This document shows positions 40,848 through 50,841 of a DNA stretch of 64,000 bases, one piece after another; the first letter of the stretch is position 1, and the number at the start of each line of letters is the position of its first letter. The notes under the pieces are model-generated. The model did not search any database and was not told the DNA's origin. It saw nothing but the letters and a program-made list of their open reading frames with translations. The stretch covers positions 5,834-69,833 of the forward strand of contig JBDRPL010000010.1 in assembly GCA_043827025.1 (NCBI GenBank), written 5' to 3'. The stretch is from Candidatus Micrarchaeota archaeon. GTDB taxonomy: Archaea > Micrarchaeota > Micrarchaeia > Anstonellales > Bilamarchaeaceae. Both the position numbers and the translations under genes were made by a program.

Positions 40848-42899
40848 TCATCTAACGTTTCCTTCTTTTATTTTATATGATTCAATTTTCTTGCCATTTG
40901 CAGTCAATGGTTTTCCATTGTAATACGCCTTTCCTTCTTTCACTTCCATCTTTACTTTTGAGAATTCCTTGAATGATATTTTTTCCTTTGGCTGGCCATG
41001 CTCGCCTTCTACTTTTATTTTCGTGCCAACTGGAACATCTGGTGAAAACAATTCATATTTTGTTTCCTTATCTTCAACACCAAGCACCATTCCTTCGGAT
41101 TTTGCATTACGTATCACAGCCGGCTCAAGGTTCTTTACTATGACAACAGTCTTCCCAACTATCTCTTCAGGAGTGTAGTCTTTTGCAAGACCTGACACCA
41201 CCTGTATTTCTTTGTCTCCGAGTTTTATCTTTTCGATGAACAGCTTGTCTGCATCAGGATGCTTCTTTGCCTCTAATATTTGGCCAACTTCAAGGTCAAG
41301 ATCCGCGAACTTCATCTCAATTTGCACTGGCTTGGCTGCCTGTTGCTTCAATTTTTCAATCTGTTTCACATCAATCTTGTTGAACAATATCTGCGGTTCT
41401 CCGATTAATTCTACAGGGAATATGGTAAGCATTTCACGTATTCTTTTGGTTGTATTCGGCATGTAGGGCTCTATCATGTCTGCAATGAGGTAAACCTGCC
41501 GTGCCAGCAAACAGATTACAGTTGTTGCCCTTTCCATATCTGTCTTTACCAATTCCCAGGGCTTGTTGTCCTGGAAATATTTGTTCGCATTCTTGCTGTA
41601 TGCCATTATCCTGTGGAGCGCGCTGGTTAATTCATATTTTTTCAAATCCGCTTCAACTTCTTTATTTATTTTTTCTTGCCCTTCGAGGAATTTTTCATCC
41701 TCTTCAGTGAATTCTCCCTTTTCGTTTTCCATTTCTATTTTCGAATCAAAATTGTTTTTTATGAAAACTAAAGTTCGATTGACAAGGTTTCCCAAATTGG
41801 CAACAAGCTCATTGTTTATTCTTTCAACAAGCTTTGACTCTGAAAAGTCTCCGTCATCAAATGTTGGCACCTCTGCCATTAAATAATATCTCAATTGGTC
41901 CGCGCCGTATTTTTCAATCAGCACCATTGGGTCAAGCACATTGCCAAGGCTTTTGCTCATCTTCTGGCCCTCTACTGTGATATATCCATGGACAAATATT
42001 CCTTTTGGCAGTTTCAATCCTGCGGAAAGAAGCATTGCTATCCAGTAAATGGCATGAAATCTGATAATTCCCTTTCCAATTACATGCAAATCGCAGGGCC
42101 ACCATTTCTTGAACTTCTTTTCATCGAATCCGTAGCCTACTCCAGTTATATAACAGCTCAATGCATCGAACCATACATACATTATCTGTGTCTCGTCCCC
42201 TGGAACTGGCACGCCCCAATTCCTTGCCCTTGCCACTGACCTTGAAATGCTGAAATCCTCTAATCCTGCCCTTATGAAGCTCAGTACTTCGTTTTTTCTG
42301 GTTTCAGGATATATCTTCAGTTCATCATTCTCTATAAGTTGTTCGAGCTTCCTCTGGTATCTTGAAAGCTTGAAAAAGTAGTTTTCTTCTTCCACTTCAA
42401 CTGGTTTTGAATTATGCTCTTTGCATAAACCATCTGAAAGTTCATCTTCCTTGTAGAATGCCTCGCATCCAACGCAGTAAATTCCCTTATATTTCTTTTT
42501 GTAGATGTCTCCTGATTTATTGCACAGTTCCCATAGTTTCTGCACACCTGGCCAATGATCCGTCTTGCTCGAGGATTTCTTGAACTCATTATATGACAGC
42601 CCTATCTTGTCTGCAAGTTCCTTGAATTTTCGGCCGTTTTCATCGCATAATCGCTGGGTGGAGATGCCAAGCTTCTCAGCCGCCTGCACGTTCTTCAAGC
42701 TATTCTCGTCAGCCCCTGTGGTGAGGAACGTTTCCTTGTAAAGCCCAGACTGATATCTTTTGATGACATCTGTTTGTACGAATTCCAGCACGTGCCCTAT
42801 ATGGGGTTTTGCATTCACGTATGGAATGGCGGTTGTTATGTAAAATGTCTCTGCCTTTCTGGGCTTTGGTTTTGTCCGATTTCTTGTTTTTGATGCCAT
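40848..42899 (-). CDS. metG: Methionine--tRNA ligase with C-terminal tRNA-binding OB domain
   Basis: YITTAIPYVN..PHIGH, YVWFDAL, KMSKSLGN, C-terminal HPDADKL..SEGM. Confidence 0.95.
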   Translation of the reverse strand: MASKTRNRTKPKPRKAETFYITTAIPYVNAKPHIGHVLEFVQTDVIKRYQSGLYKETFLTTGADENSLKNVQAAEKLGISTQRLCDENGRKFKELADKIGLSYNEFKKSSSKTDHWPGVQKLWELCNKSGDIYKKKYKGIYCVGCEAFYKEDELSDGLCKEHNSKPVEVEEENYFFKLSRYQRKLEQLIENDELKIYPETRKNEVLSFIRAGLEDFSISRSVARARNWGVPVPGDETQIMYVWFDALSCYITGVGYGFDEKKFKKWWPCDLHVIGKGIIRFHAIYWIAMLLSAGLKLPKGIFVHGYITVEGQKMSKSLGNVLDPMVLIEKYGADQLRYYLMAEVPTFDDGDFSESKLVERINNELVANLGNLVNRTLVFIKNNFDSKIEMENEKGEFTEEDEKFLEGQEKINKEVEADLKKYELTSALHRIMAYSKNANKYFQDNKPWELVKTDMERATTVICLLARQVYLIADMIEPYMPNTTKRIREMLTIFPVELIGEPQILFNKIDVKQIEKLKQQAAKPVQIEMKFADLDLEVGQILEAKKHPDADKLFIEKIKLGDKEIQVVSGLAKDYTPEEIVGKTVVIVKNLEPAVIRNAKSEGMVLGVEDKETKYELFSPDVPVGTKIKVEGEHGQPKEKISFKEFSKVKMEVKEGKAYYNGKPLTANGKKIESYKIKEGNVR

Positions 42900-43008
42900 G
42901 AGAATCACATTTATGTTAATACTCTTAAGAGAGAAACATTTTTAGTTGATTTGAAAAATGCAAATCTGCCGCAAACCAATTGCTTTGGCTTTAGATGGAG
43001 CATTTTTC

Positions 43009-43273
43009 AACATTAGGGAACTTTGTTCCTTATGTTCATTGACCCATGGTTAATTGGGATATTTGACAGTCCAATTGAACGCTGTGTGTTCAATGGACAC
43101 ATGAACGATGTTCGTTCATGCTGTGTCGCGACCGAAGCATCGATGTCGTGAATTGTTATTCACGAACATGCTCAAGAACGACGCTTCGTTCTTGACATCA
43201 CAAGTATGCTTGCGAACCTTAGTTCGCGACATCTCATTGGCTGACTGGCCAAATGGTTACATAAGTCTATGTA
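43009..43273. other. Dense cluster of inverted repeats (putative structured RNA or palindromic element)
   Basis: At least 8 hairpins plus nested long-range stems; see findings. Confidence 0.6.
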
Positions 43274-43393
43274 CGTTTTTTGTGGCATTGCCGTATTTAT
43301 CTATTTCTGAACTAATTATTCTGATAGGAATTAAAGTTCGCAAACCAATTTCAGAAACAAAAGACTTATATATGGTTTTTGCTTAAGTGCAAC

Positions 43394-44107
43394 ATGGATA
43401 ATAAATCTGTTTTTTCATTGGGATTGCTTTTGATGCTTCTGCTCAGCGGTTGTACACAGAATATCTTTGATCAAGTGCCTCCCTTTTCTCAACCGCCTCC
43501 TGTTTCCCAACAACCGCCTGTTTCTGACAATAAGGTTGGTGGCAATGATGTGGGTAACGGGAACGACGTGTCACATTTTTTCTGCGGAGACGGAACTTGC
43601 AATGAAGGAAAAGAAACAATAGAGAACTGCCCAAGTGATTGCAAGCTCTGCGACCTTTTAGTAAAGGAATATGGTCGTGGGCCTACGTCATCCCAAAGCA
43701 TGAGGGATATGATAAACGGAGAGTATAAGGAACTGGATGCGCAGGTGAATAAATACGCTCCTGGCATGGACTGGCTGCCTTTAAAATTTGAGGAGAACAA
43801 GGGAAAAAGAGTGACGTGGGTTGGCGTTGTTAGAACTATTTCTAATAATGAAAATGATTTTGTGGTGGTTTTTAACACCGGTGGAAGGACGTATTCTGCC
43901 AAAGTAATGCCAAAAGATGATTATGATGTCTGCATGACTAGTTTCATTCACCACAAGTCAACCAATGAAATGATTTGGAAAAACGACGTGGTTTTAGTGA
44001 GTGGGCGGCTATCGGGCGTAAATACTTTTGGAACTATCTATTTGGATGATGTAACTGCTCTGAGATTGTTTGATGGCGATACCAGTCGCATTTCCGGAGT
44101 CAAGTGA
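43394..44107 (+). CDS. Lipoprotein with CGDG.C..E....CP.DC Cys motif and OB-fold-like C-terminal domain
   Basis: LLSGC lipobox, Pro/Gln linker, KGKRVTWVGVV..D.V.VSG.L. Confidence 0.7.
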   Translation: MDNKSVFSLGLLLMLLLSGCTQNIFDQVPPFSQPPPVSQQPPVSDNKVGGNDVGNGNDVSHFFCGDGTCNEGKETIENCPSDCKLCDLLVKEYGRGPTSSQSMRDMINGEYKELDAQVNKYAPGMDWLPLKFEENKGKRVTWVGVVRTISNNENDFVVVFNTGGRTYSAKVMPKDDYDVCMTSFIHHKSTNEMIWKNDVVLVSGRLSGVNTFGTIYLDDVTALRLFDGDTSRISGVK

Positions 44108-44180
44108 ATCTGCCAGAGTCGCACGTTGCTCATTGGCCGAACATTCCTATTTTAATATTTTTCTATTCTCTTATTCCGAT

Positions 44181-44735
44181 ATGAATTTTGATGTTAAATC
44201 TATTGGCAGTCTAAGGAGGAAACTTGGCCTTACCCAGAACCAGCTTGCCAAGCTGTCAGGTGTGAGTCAATCTCTTATAGCAAAGATTGAATCCAATAGG
44301 ATTGATCCCGCATATTCCAAGGTGGTTGCAATCTTCCAGGCAATTGAGCAGGAGATGAATCGAAAGAAGCAGACAAAAAAAGCACGAGATCTCATGACCA
44401 GAGATTTAGTTTATGTCTCTCCGGAAGAATCGCTTGAGAAGGTCATAAAGCTCATGAAGCAGAAGGCCATTTCACAGGTTCCAATATTCGATGGAAAGAA
44501 TTATGTTGGCAGCGTTACCGATGACATGTTTGTCGACTGGTTTACAAAATATGGCAATCGCCTTGGAAACGTTATGGTTTCCGAAGTGATGCATGAATGT
44601 TTTCCGATTATCCCTGTAGACTCAGACATTGACATAATTGTAGAGATGCTCAAATTCTATAAAGCGCTTTTGGTTGCAAATGGAAAAGTAGTGGGCATAA
44701 TCACAAAAGCTGATCTGATGAAAGCTATGAAATAA
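44181..44735 (+). CDS. XRE-HTH plus CBS-pair transcriptional regulator
   Basis: LGLTQNQLAKLSGVSQSLIAKIE..IDP.YS; ISQVP; VVGIITKADL. Confidence 0.9.
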   Translation: MNFDVKSIGSLRRKLGLTQNQLAKLSGVSQSLIAKIESNRIDPAYSKVVAIFQAIEQEMNRKKQTKKARDLMTRDLVYVSPEESLEKVIKLMKQKAISQVPIFDGKNYVGSVTDDMFVDWFTKYGNRLGNVMVSEVMHECFPIIPVDSDIDIIVEMLKFYKALLVANGKVVGIITKADLMKAMK

Positions 44736-44774
44736 TTCATATGAATACATGATGCTGTAGATGGTTTGTTTTTT

Positions 44775-45989
44775 ATGGAATACAATTATTTATCAAAGAC
44801 TCATGGTATAGGCGGAAAGATGAAGCAGAAGCCAGAGGATTTCGTAGTTGAGGAGATAATGCAGGACGGAACTGTATTGGAAATAAACAAGAAAGTTGAA
44901 AGAGCAGGAGAAGAAGGAAAGTTCACCCATTTCGTTCTACAAAAAACAGACTGGTCAACTGCAGGGGCTTTGGAAAGAATTGCAAGAAAGATAAGAACAA
45001 GCCAGAGGAGATTCAATTTTGCAGGCACAAAAGACAAGCAAGCCCTTACCACGCAATTAGTTTCATGCTTCGGCAAATGGCCAAGGGATTTTGAGAATCT
45101 GATGTTGAAAGACATTGACATTCTCGGAGCATGGGAAGCAAAGGACAAGGTAAGGCTTGGAGAACTTCTGGGAAACAGATTCACAATCAGGGTTGATGGG
45201 TGCAACGAAGATTCGGAATCGGTTGTTGCGAAAATATATTCGGAGCTTGGAGGGAAATTTCCAAACTACTTCGGTGAACAAAGATTCGGAACAACTAGGA
45301 AGAATACTCATATTATAGGTGAAAAGCTTCTGAGGGGCCAGTTGGAGGATGCCGCGCTTTCTTTCCTATGCGATACTGAAGGAGAGGAACACGAAGCTGC
45401 CAGCAATGCAAGGAAAGAATTATTGGAAACAAGGGATTTCAATATTGCACTGAAAAATTTTCCAAGGCATCTTAGGCTTGAAAGGAGCATGATTGCAAGG
45501 CTTGCCACGGATCCAACTGATTTTGCTAATGCATTCAGGAAATTGCCAAGAAACATATTGCTTCTTTTCGTCCACGCATTCCAAAGCCATCTCTTCAATA
45601 CAATGCTTTCAGAAAGGATTGCAGAAGGAGGACTGGAAAAAGAGGATGGCGAATATTTCTGCGGAGAGGCTCATGGGTTTCCAGATATTGAGCAGAAGCA
45701 AGAGCAGGAGAATAGCATCTGGCTCGTAGGAAGAATCGTTGGCTATGAAACTGTATTGAACAAACGAGAGAAAGAGCTTTTGGAAAGGTTTGGAATGGAC
45801 CAAGAGGTTTTCAGGATGAAGACAATGCCTGAGATAAATACAAAAGGCACCTATAGAACACTTATGGCCCCACTGGCTGATTTCAAATTCGCATCAGACA
45901 TATTCAATTTTTCTTTGCCTTCAGGTTGCTATGCAACAACTGCATTGAGGGAATTTCTGGACACTAAGCCTGCTTCGCTAGGTTATTAA
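44775..45989 (+). CDS. truD: tRNA pseudouridine(13) synthase
   Basis: PEDFVVEE, AGTKDKQA.T.Q, GNRF.I, PNYFGEQRFG, F.LPSG.YAT..LRE. Confidence 0.95.
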   Translation: MEYNYLSKTHGIGGKMKQKPEDFVVEEIMQDGTVLEINKKVERAGEEGKFTHFVLQKTDWSTAGALERIARKIRTSQRRFNFAGTKDKQALTTQLVSCFGKWPRDFENLMLKDIDILGAWEAKDKVRLGELLGNRFTIRVDGCNEDSESVVAKIYSELGGKFPNYFGEQRFGTTRKNTHIIGEKLLRGQLEDAALSFLCDTEGEEHEAASNARKELLETRDFNIALKNFPRHLRLERSMIARLATDPTDFANAFRKLPRNILLLFVHAFQSHLFNTMLSERIAEGGLEKEDGEYFCGEAHGFPDIEQKQEQENSIWLVGRIVGYETVLNKREKELLERFGMDQEVFRMKTMPEINTKGTYRTLMAPLADFKFASDIFNFSLPSGCYATTALREFLDTKPASLGY

Positions 45990-46012
45990 ATTGTTGTGAT
46001 ACGTATATTCTT

Positions 46013-46783
46013 ATGCATATACTCCCTGCCAAGCAACCATTCAAACCAAAAGCCCCTATGCATACTTCTTTTTCTTGTTGCCAGTCCAACCCATTTAATT
46101 CCGGGTGCATGCGGGTTCCAGACAGTCCTTTGATTCCCCAGGTATCTCGGGAGTATCTTGCCCAGCATCCATGGTTGACAAGGGAAAGGGTTCATGGCAG
46201 GTGGTGTTCAGAGGATTCTGTTCGACATGCGGTTCGATGGTTTGTTGAGCAACACCGGCTGCCTCTTGGCCATACTTTGAAAGTAGTCACTGAGCAGATG
46301 TTGCCTTCAGAACTAAGGAGTTGCCAATACAGGGCTTGCGGATTATATGGGCTGTTTATACATACCCTGGATGGAAGCAATTACCAAGCGATGTTGTTTG
46401 CAGGTTATGATCTTGAGCCAGGTGTCAGATCTCCACTTGAATTGAATGCTTTGAATAGGTTTGGAAGGGAAAGCGGTTTGAAGTACATCGAATCCCACCC
46501 TTGGATCATGAACCGTATGCTGTTTTGGAATGAATCTCTTGCAGTCTCGGCTATGAAATGGCTGGCAGACCAATTGGCTCTTGCAGAAGACGATTCTGCT
46601 CGGGTAGCTGTCGGCCGGCAGAAAAGCCCGTCCAGCATAGACAGATTCGATCTTAGAAACAATCTGCTTTCCCACCTTCTTACGGTTTACGGTTCTGCAA
46701 CCGACTCTTTAGCCCTGATTGGAGTGTCCAAATATTATAATCCGGCTCTTAATCTTGGGACGTATGCCATGCAAAGAGTTTAA
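46013..46783 (+). CDS. Hypothetical protein with an internal two-fold repeat
   Basis: YLAQHPW..W....V..AVRW.VEQ versus YIESHPW..W....A.SAMKWLADQ. Confidence 0.6.
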   Translation: MHILPAKQPFKPKAPMHTSFSCCQSNPFNSGCMRVPDSPLIPQVSREYLAQHPWLTRERVHGRWCSEDSVRHAVRWFVEQHRLPLGHTLKVVTEQMLPSELRSCQYRACGLYGLFIHTLDGSNYQAMLFAGYDLEPGVRSPLELNALNRFGRESGLKYIESHPWIMNRMLFWNESLAVSAMKWLADQLALAEDDSARVAVGRQKSPSSIDRFDLRNNLLSHLLTVYGSATDSLALIGVSKYYNPALNLGTYAMQRV

Positions 46784-46807
46784 ACCGAAATCCTCGAATT
46801 GTTATCC

Positions 46808-47881
46808 ATGGAAGAAGAAAATATAGGATTCAATACATCTGATAAGATATTCTACAATCCTGCTATGAAGTTCTGCAGGTCATTCTTTTCACTTGCTGTT
46901 GGGGCGATAGATGAGAAGCTGGATTTGCTTGACGCCTTTTCCGCAACAGGCATTAGGGGCATAAGATACAAGAAGGAGAACAAGAATGTCAAATCCATTG
47001 CCTTCCTTGATTACAGCAAGAATGCTGTGAAGCTAATCAAGCAAAATATCAAGAAGAGCAAAATCAAGGGAAAGGTTCACAATGATGAGTTCGGCAGTTT
47101 TCTTGTGTGCAACCGCAAGGAAATGGACTTCAATTTCATAGAGATTGATCCGTTTGGAACTCCTGTCCCATATCTTTTTGATGCAGTTCGTGCATTATCA
47201 AAGCAAAAGAGGTCCTATCTTTCAGTGACTGCGACAGACATGGCGGTATTATGCGGTTCGGAAAAAAGAGCATGCATGCGCAACTACCATGCAAAATCAT
47301 TGAACAATGAATTCACCCACGAGAATGGGCTGCGAATAGTTATGAAGCGAATTATTGATTCAGCATCAGAATTCAATCTTGGCATTACCCCACTAGTTTC
47401 ATTGTCTCATCGCCACTACATAAAAATACTTGTAAAGCTCGAAAGGAATGCTGAGAAATCAAATGAGAATATGGCGCAGATTGGATACATAAATTATTGT
47501 CCGAAATGCCTTAATCGAAATGCAGGTGAATACGAGAAAACATGTCCCATATGCGGAGCTGTTTTCGATCATGCAGGTCCATTATGGCTTGGAAGGCTGT
47601 TCGATTCTGTTTTCCTAAAAACAATGAAGAAAAACAACGAGTCAAGGCTTTATTCTGATAGAAAAGAAATAGGCAAGGTCCTTGATCTGATGATTGGAGA
47701 AGCAGACATGCTTCCGTACTATTATGACCTCCATGTGCTGTCCAAGAAGCTTGGCCATAAAGCCATCCCACGTACAGAAGATGTGCTTAAGAGGATTGAA
47801 GGGGTGAGAACACATTTTAATGTGCTTGGGTTCAAGACAAAAAAATCTTTCAAGGAGCTTGTGGAATTGCTTAATGATTAA
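46808..47881 (+). CDS. trm1: tRNA (G26-N2,N2)-dimethyltransferase
   Basis: FYNPAM..R, LDAFSATGIRGIRY, IDPFGTP, VTATD, GPLWLG. Confidence 0.93.
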   Translation: MEEENIGFNTSDKIFYNPAMKFCRSFFSLAVGAIDEKLDLLDAFSATGIRGIRYKKENKNVKSIAFLDYSKNAVKLIKQNIKKSKIKGKVHNDEFGSFLVCNRKEMDFNFIEIDPFGTPVPYLFDAVRALSKQKRSYLSVTATDMAVLCGSEKRACMRNYHAKSLNNEFTHENGLRIVMKRIIDSASEFNLGITPLVSLSHRHYIKILVKLERNAEKSNENMAQIGYINYCPKCLNRNAGEYEKTCPICGAVFDHAGPLWLGRLFDSVFLKTMKKNNESRLYSDRKEIGKVLDLMIGEADMLPYYYDLHVLSKKLGHKAIPRTEDVLKRIEGVRTHFNVLGFKTKKSFKELVELLND

Positions 47882-48030
47882 TGTTGTTAATCTGGAAATA
47901 TATTTTCGAAATTGCTGATTTTTCTTCATGGGATTTCTTCCAGGAAATCTTTAGAGAAGCTTTATATTTTTAACCTTCGATATTTATCTGTTCTTTTTTA
48001 TCTTGTAAGACAGCTATTTTGGTGGAAGAG

Positions 48031-48684
48031 ATGGACTTAGAAGTAATACCGGCAATTCTAGTCAAAAGCAGAGAGGAGCTTGTCCGTCGCATCGAGCTTG
48101 TAAAACCCTACGTGAGGACTGTTCAAATAGATGTCATGGATGGCAAATTTGTTCGAAATACTACTGTCACTGATTTTTCCGACCTTCCCAGGAAGGTGAA
48201 CTACGAATTCCACTGGATGGTTGAAAACCCGGGAGATTACATTCGTGAAGTTCCTGGAAAGCATATGCACATGGTTCATATCGAAACAGTCAGTGACTGG
48301 AAGGAAATGGAAAAGGTCAATGAGCAGGCGGGCGGAAAGCTTGGACTTGCCTTTAATCCAGAAACACAGCTTGCAAGAGTGACTCCATATTTGGACAAAG
48401 TTTCCAGATTCCTGGTGATGACTGTGAATCCTGGATTCGATAAACAGAAATATCTTCCGGAGATGGAAGAGAAGATGCATGCCCTAAGGAAGCTGGATCC
48501 AACAATTGATATAGAAGTTGATGGCGGGATAAATCTCGAGACAATCGGAAGGGCAGCTTCTGCAGGGGCGAACAAGTTTGATGTTGCAAGCGCGATTTTC
48601 GGATCAGGCAATATAGGAAAAACAATCAAGGATTTGGAAGCTATTGCAAAGAAATGCAGCGATGAGGCGTTTAAGGATGTTTGA
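48031..48684 (+). CDS. rpe: Ribulose-phosphate 3-epimerase
   Basis: IDVMDGKFV.N, NPET, MTVNPGF..Q, EVDGGI. Confidence 0.92.
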   Translation: MDLEVIPAILVKSREELVRRIELVKPYVRTVQIDVMDGKFVRNTTVTDFSDLPRKVNYEFHWMVENPGDYIREVPGKHMHMVHIETVSDWKEMEKVNEQAGGKLGLAFNPETQLARVTPYLDKVSRFLVMTVNPGFDKQKYLPEMEEKMHALRKLDPTIDIEVDGGINLETIGRAASAGANKFDVASAIFGSGNIGKTIKDLEAIAKKCSDEAFKDV

Positions 48685-49528
48685 AAAAGTTACAAGTTCA
48701 AGGGAATTGAGTTTGATTGCAAATTCATTGCGCCGGCACATAATCGAGATGCTTGTCGAAGCGAAGTCTGGGCATCCTGGTGGCCCGCTTGGGCTTGCTG
48801 ATATTTATGCAGTTCTCTATTTTCACAACCTGAGATTCGACCCTAAGGATCCAAATTGGGAGGATCGGGATCGTGTCATTTTATCAAATGGCCATGTGTG
48901 CCCTGTGCTTTATGCAACCTTGGCAGAAGCAGGCTTCTTTCCAGTTTCTGAACTCAAGTCTCTAAGGAAACTCGGTTCAAGGCTTCAAGGGCATCCTCAC
49001 AGAGGCCAGTTGCCTGGCATTGAAAATTCATCAGGTCCTTTGGGACAGGGATTATCGCAGGCTGTTGGTATGGCCCTTGTTGCACAGCGGGAGAAAAAGC
49101 CATGGAGAGTATATGCAATGCTTTCTGATGGCGAACATAATGAAGGCCAGACTTGGGAAGCCATAATGCTTGCAAATAAATATTCACTTGGCAACCTTAC
49201 TGTGATAATTGACAGGAACTTTATCCAGATAGATGGCAAGACTGAGGAAGTTCTTCCAATGGAGCCTTTTGCAGACAAATATCGTTCATTCGGCTGGCAT
49301 GTGATTGAAGTTGATGGCCACAATATTTCTGAACTCAAAAGAGCAGTTGATGCCTCGGCAAACATAGCAAAACCAACTGTGATACTCGCAAGAACAATTC
49401 CAGGCAAAGGGGTTTCATTTATGGAGCATAGGTATCAATGGCACGGGAAAGCTCCTAATGCGGACGAAGCCAAGCAGGCGCTTGCAGAGCTAAATGAAGA
49501 GAAAAAAAGATTCGAATCCATGCTATGA
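48677..49528 (+). CDS. Transketolase, N-terminal (TPP-binding) subunit
   Basis: SGHPGG, DR.ILSNGH, LQGHP, SDGEHNEG..WEA, WHGK. Confidence 0.93.
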   Translation: MFEKVTSSRELSLIANSLRRHIIEMLVEAKSGHPGGPLGLADIYAVLYFHNLRFDPKDPNWEDRDRVILSNGHVCPVLYATLAEAGFFPVSELKSLRKLGSRLQGHPHRGQLPGIENSSGPLGQGLSQAVGMALVAQREKKPWRVYAMLSDGEHNEGQTWEAIMLANKYSLGNLTVIIDRNFIQIDGKTEEVLPMEPFADKYRSFGWHVIEVDGHNISELKRAVDASANIAKPTVILARTIPGKGVSFMEHRYQWHGKAPNADEAKQALAELNEEKKRFESML

Positions 49529-49537
49529 GGTTTTATT

Positions 49538-50521
49538 ATGACAACTACCAATTCAATGCATTTAATTGAAAATCTTCTTGAGCCAAAGGTTTCAGTGAGA
49601 ATAAGCGAAGGCTTTGGTAAGGGGCTTGTTGAGCTTGGCGAGAAGGATCCGAATGTCTGGGGCCTTAGTGCTGATGTCACTGAATCAACAAGAATGCATT
49701 ATTTTGCTGAAAAATTCCCTGAGCGTTTTGTACAGGTTGGGGTTGCAGAGCAGAACATGGCAGGGGTTGCAGCAGGAATCGCTGCCTGCGGAAAAACCGC
49801 GTTCATTTCTGCATACGGAGTTTTCTCTCCAGGAAGGAATTGGGATCAGATAAGGGTTTCAATTTGCTACAATGATGTTCCAGTAATAATTCATGCCTCT
49901 CATACAGGCGTAACAGTTGGTCCTGACGGTGCGAGCCATCAGGCGCTTGAGGATGTTGCGTCAGTAAGACCAATTCCTAATCTGATAATAGAAGCGCCAT
50001 GTGATATGGAACAGGCAAAGAAAGCTGTTTTCGCTCTTGCAAAGACAAAGAAGCCGGGATATCTTCGAACTTCTAGAGAAACTGCACCTGTTTTCACAAC
50101 TGACAAGACGCCTTTTGTTATTGGAAAGGCAAATGTCTATCGTGATGGAAAGGACATTGCGATATTCGCATGCGGAATGGTTGTCTATGAATCATTGAAG
50201 GCTGCAATGCAATTGGAAAAGGAAGGTATCTCATGTGCAGTGATTGATATGCATACAATCAAGCCTATAGATGAAGACTGCATTTTGAAATATGCAAAAA
50301 AGTGCAAGGTGTTGATGAGCGTCGAGGACCATCAGGTCATCGGTGGATTGGGAGGTGCGATTTCAGAAGTGCTCTGCGAGAATTCACCAGCATTGCTCCA
50401 TCGCCACGGAATCTACAACCGATTCTGCGAATCCGGTGGCGGAAAGGAACTGATGCACAAATATGAGCTGGATGCTGAAGGTATAGTGAAGCAGGCTAAG
50501 AAGGCATTGAAGATGAAATGA
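49538..50521 (+). CDS. Transketolase, C-terminal subunit
   Basis: GVAEQNM, GPDGASHQ..ED, TIKPID, EDH..IGGLG. Confidence 0.93.
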   Translation: MTTTNSMHLIENLLEPKVSVRISEGFGKGLVELGEKDPNVWGLSADVTESTRMHYFAEKFPERFVQVGVAEQNMAGVAAGIAACGKTAFISAYGVFSPGRNWDQIRVSICYNDVPVIIHASHTGVTVGPDGASHQALEDVASVRPIPNLIIEAPCDMEQAKKAVFALAKTKKPGYLRTSRETAPVFTTDKTPFVIGKANVYRDGKDIAIFACGMVVYESLKAAMQLEKEGISCAVIDMHTIKPIDEDCILKYAKKCKVLMSVEDHQVIGGLGGAISEVLCENSPALLHRHGIYNRFCESGGGKELMHKYELDAEGIVKQAKKALKMK

Positions 50522-50841
50522 ATGCACAAAATCGGGGCCATCATATGAAATATTCTATCAGGGAAGTATTATCTGCTTTATCAGATTTCAATAATTGGAC
50601 TAGGCTGTATCCGGCATATTCCGAAGCAGAGCGTAAGAAAAACCCTTCGCCTCCATTGCATTATAATATCCCCAATATAAAAGTGATCGAAATGGTTTCA
50701 ACATATGCCGACGAATCCACAAATTCAAAAGACCTCAGTTCCCTTTTGGAAGCTCTTGAAAAAATAAATCGTGAAGGAAGCGACGTTTCTCCCTTAATCA
50801 ATAAAGTGTCTGTCAAACTAAAAAATTTGGTGAAAAAATGA
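50518..50841 (+). CDS. Hypothetical protein inside the PPP operon
   Basis: ORF overlapping both neighbours by 4 nt (ATGA). Confidence 0.55.
   Translation: MNAQNRGHHMKYSIREVLSALSDFNNWTRLYPAYSEAERKKNPSPPLHYNIPNIKVIEMVSTYADESTNSKDLSSLLEALEKINREGSDVSPLINKVSVKLKNLVKK

Noticed and set aside
43009-43227. LexA (GAAC-N4-GTTC) SOS boxes
   Set aside because: Spacing varies from 3 to over 10 nt, stems extend beyond the motif, and the host is archaeal
43108-43386. 92-aa ORF over the hairpin cluster
   Set aside because: No protein-like features; the sequence is better explained by palindromes
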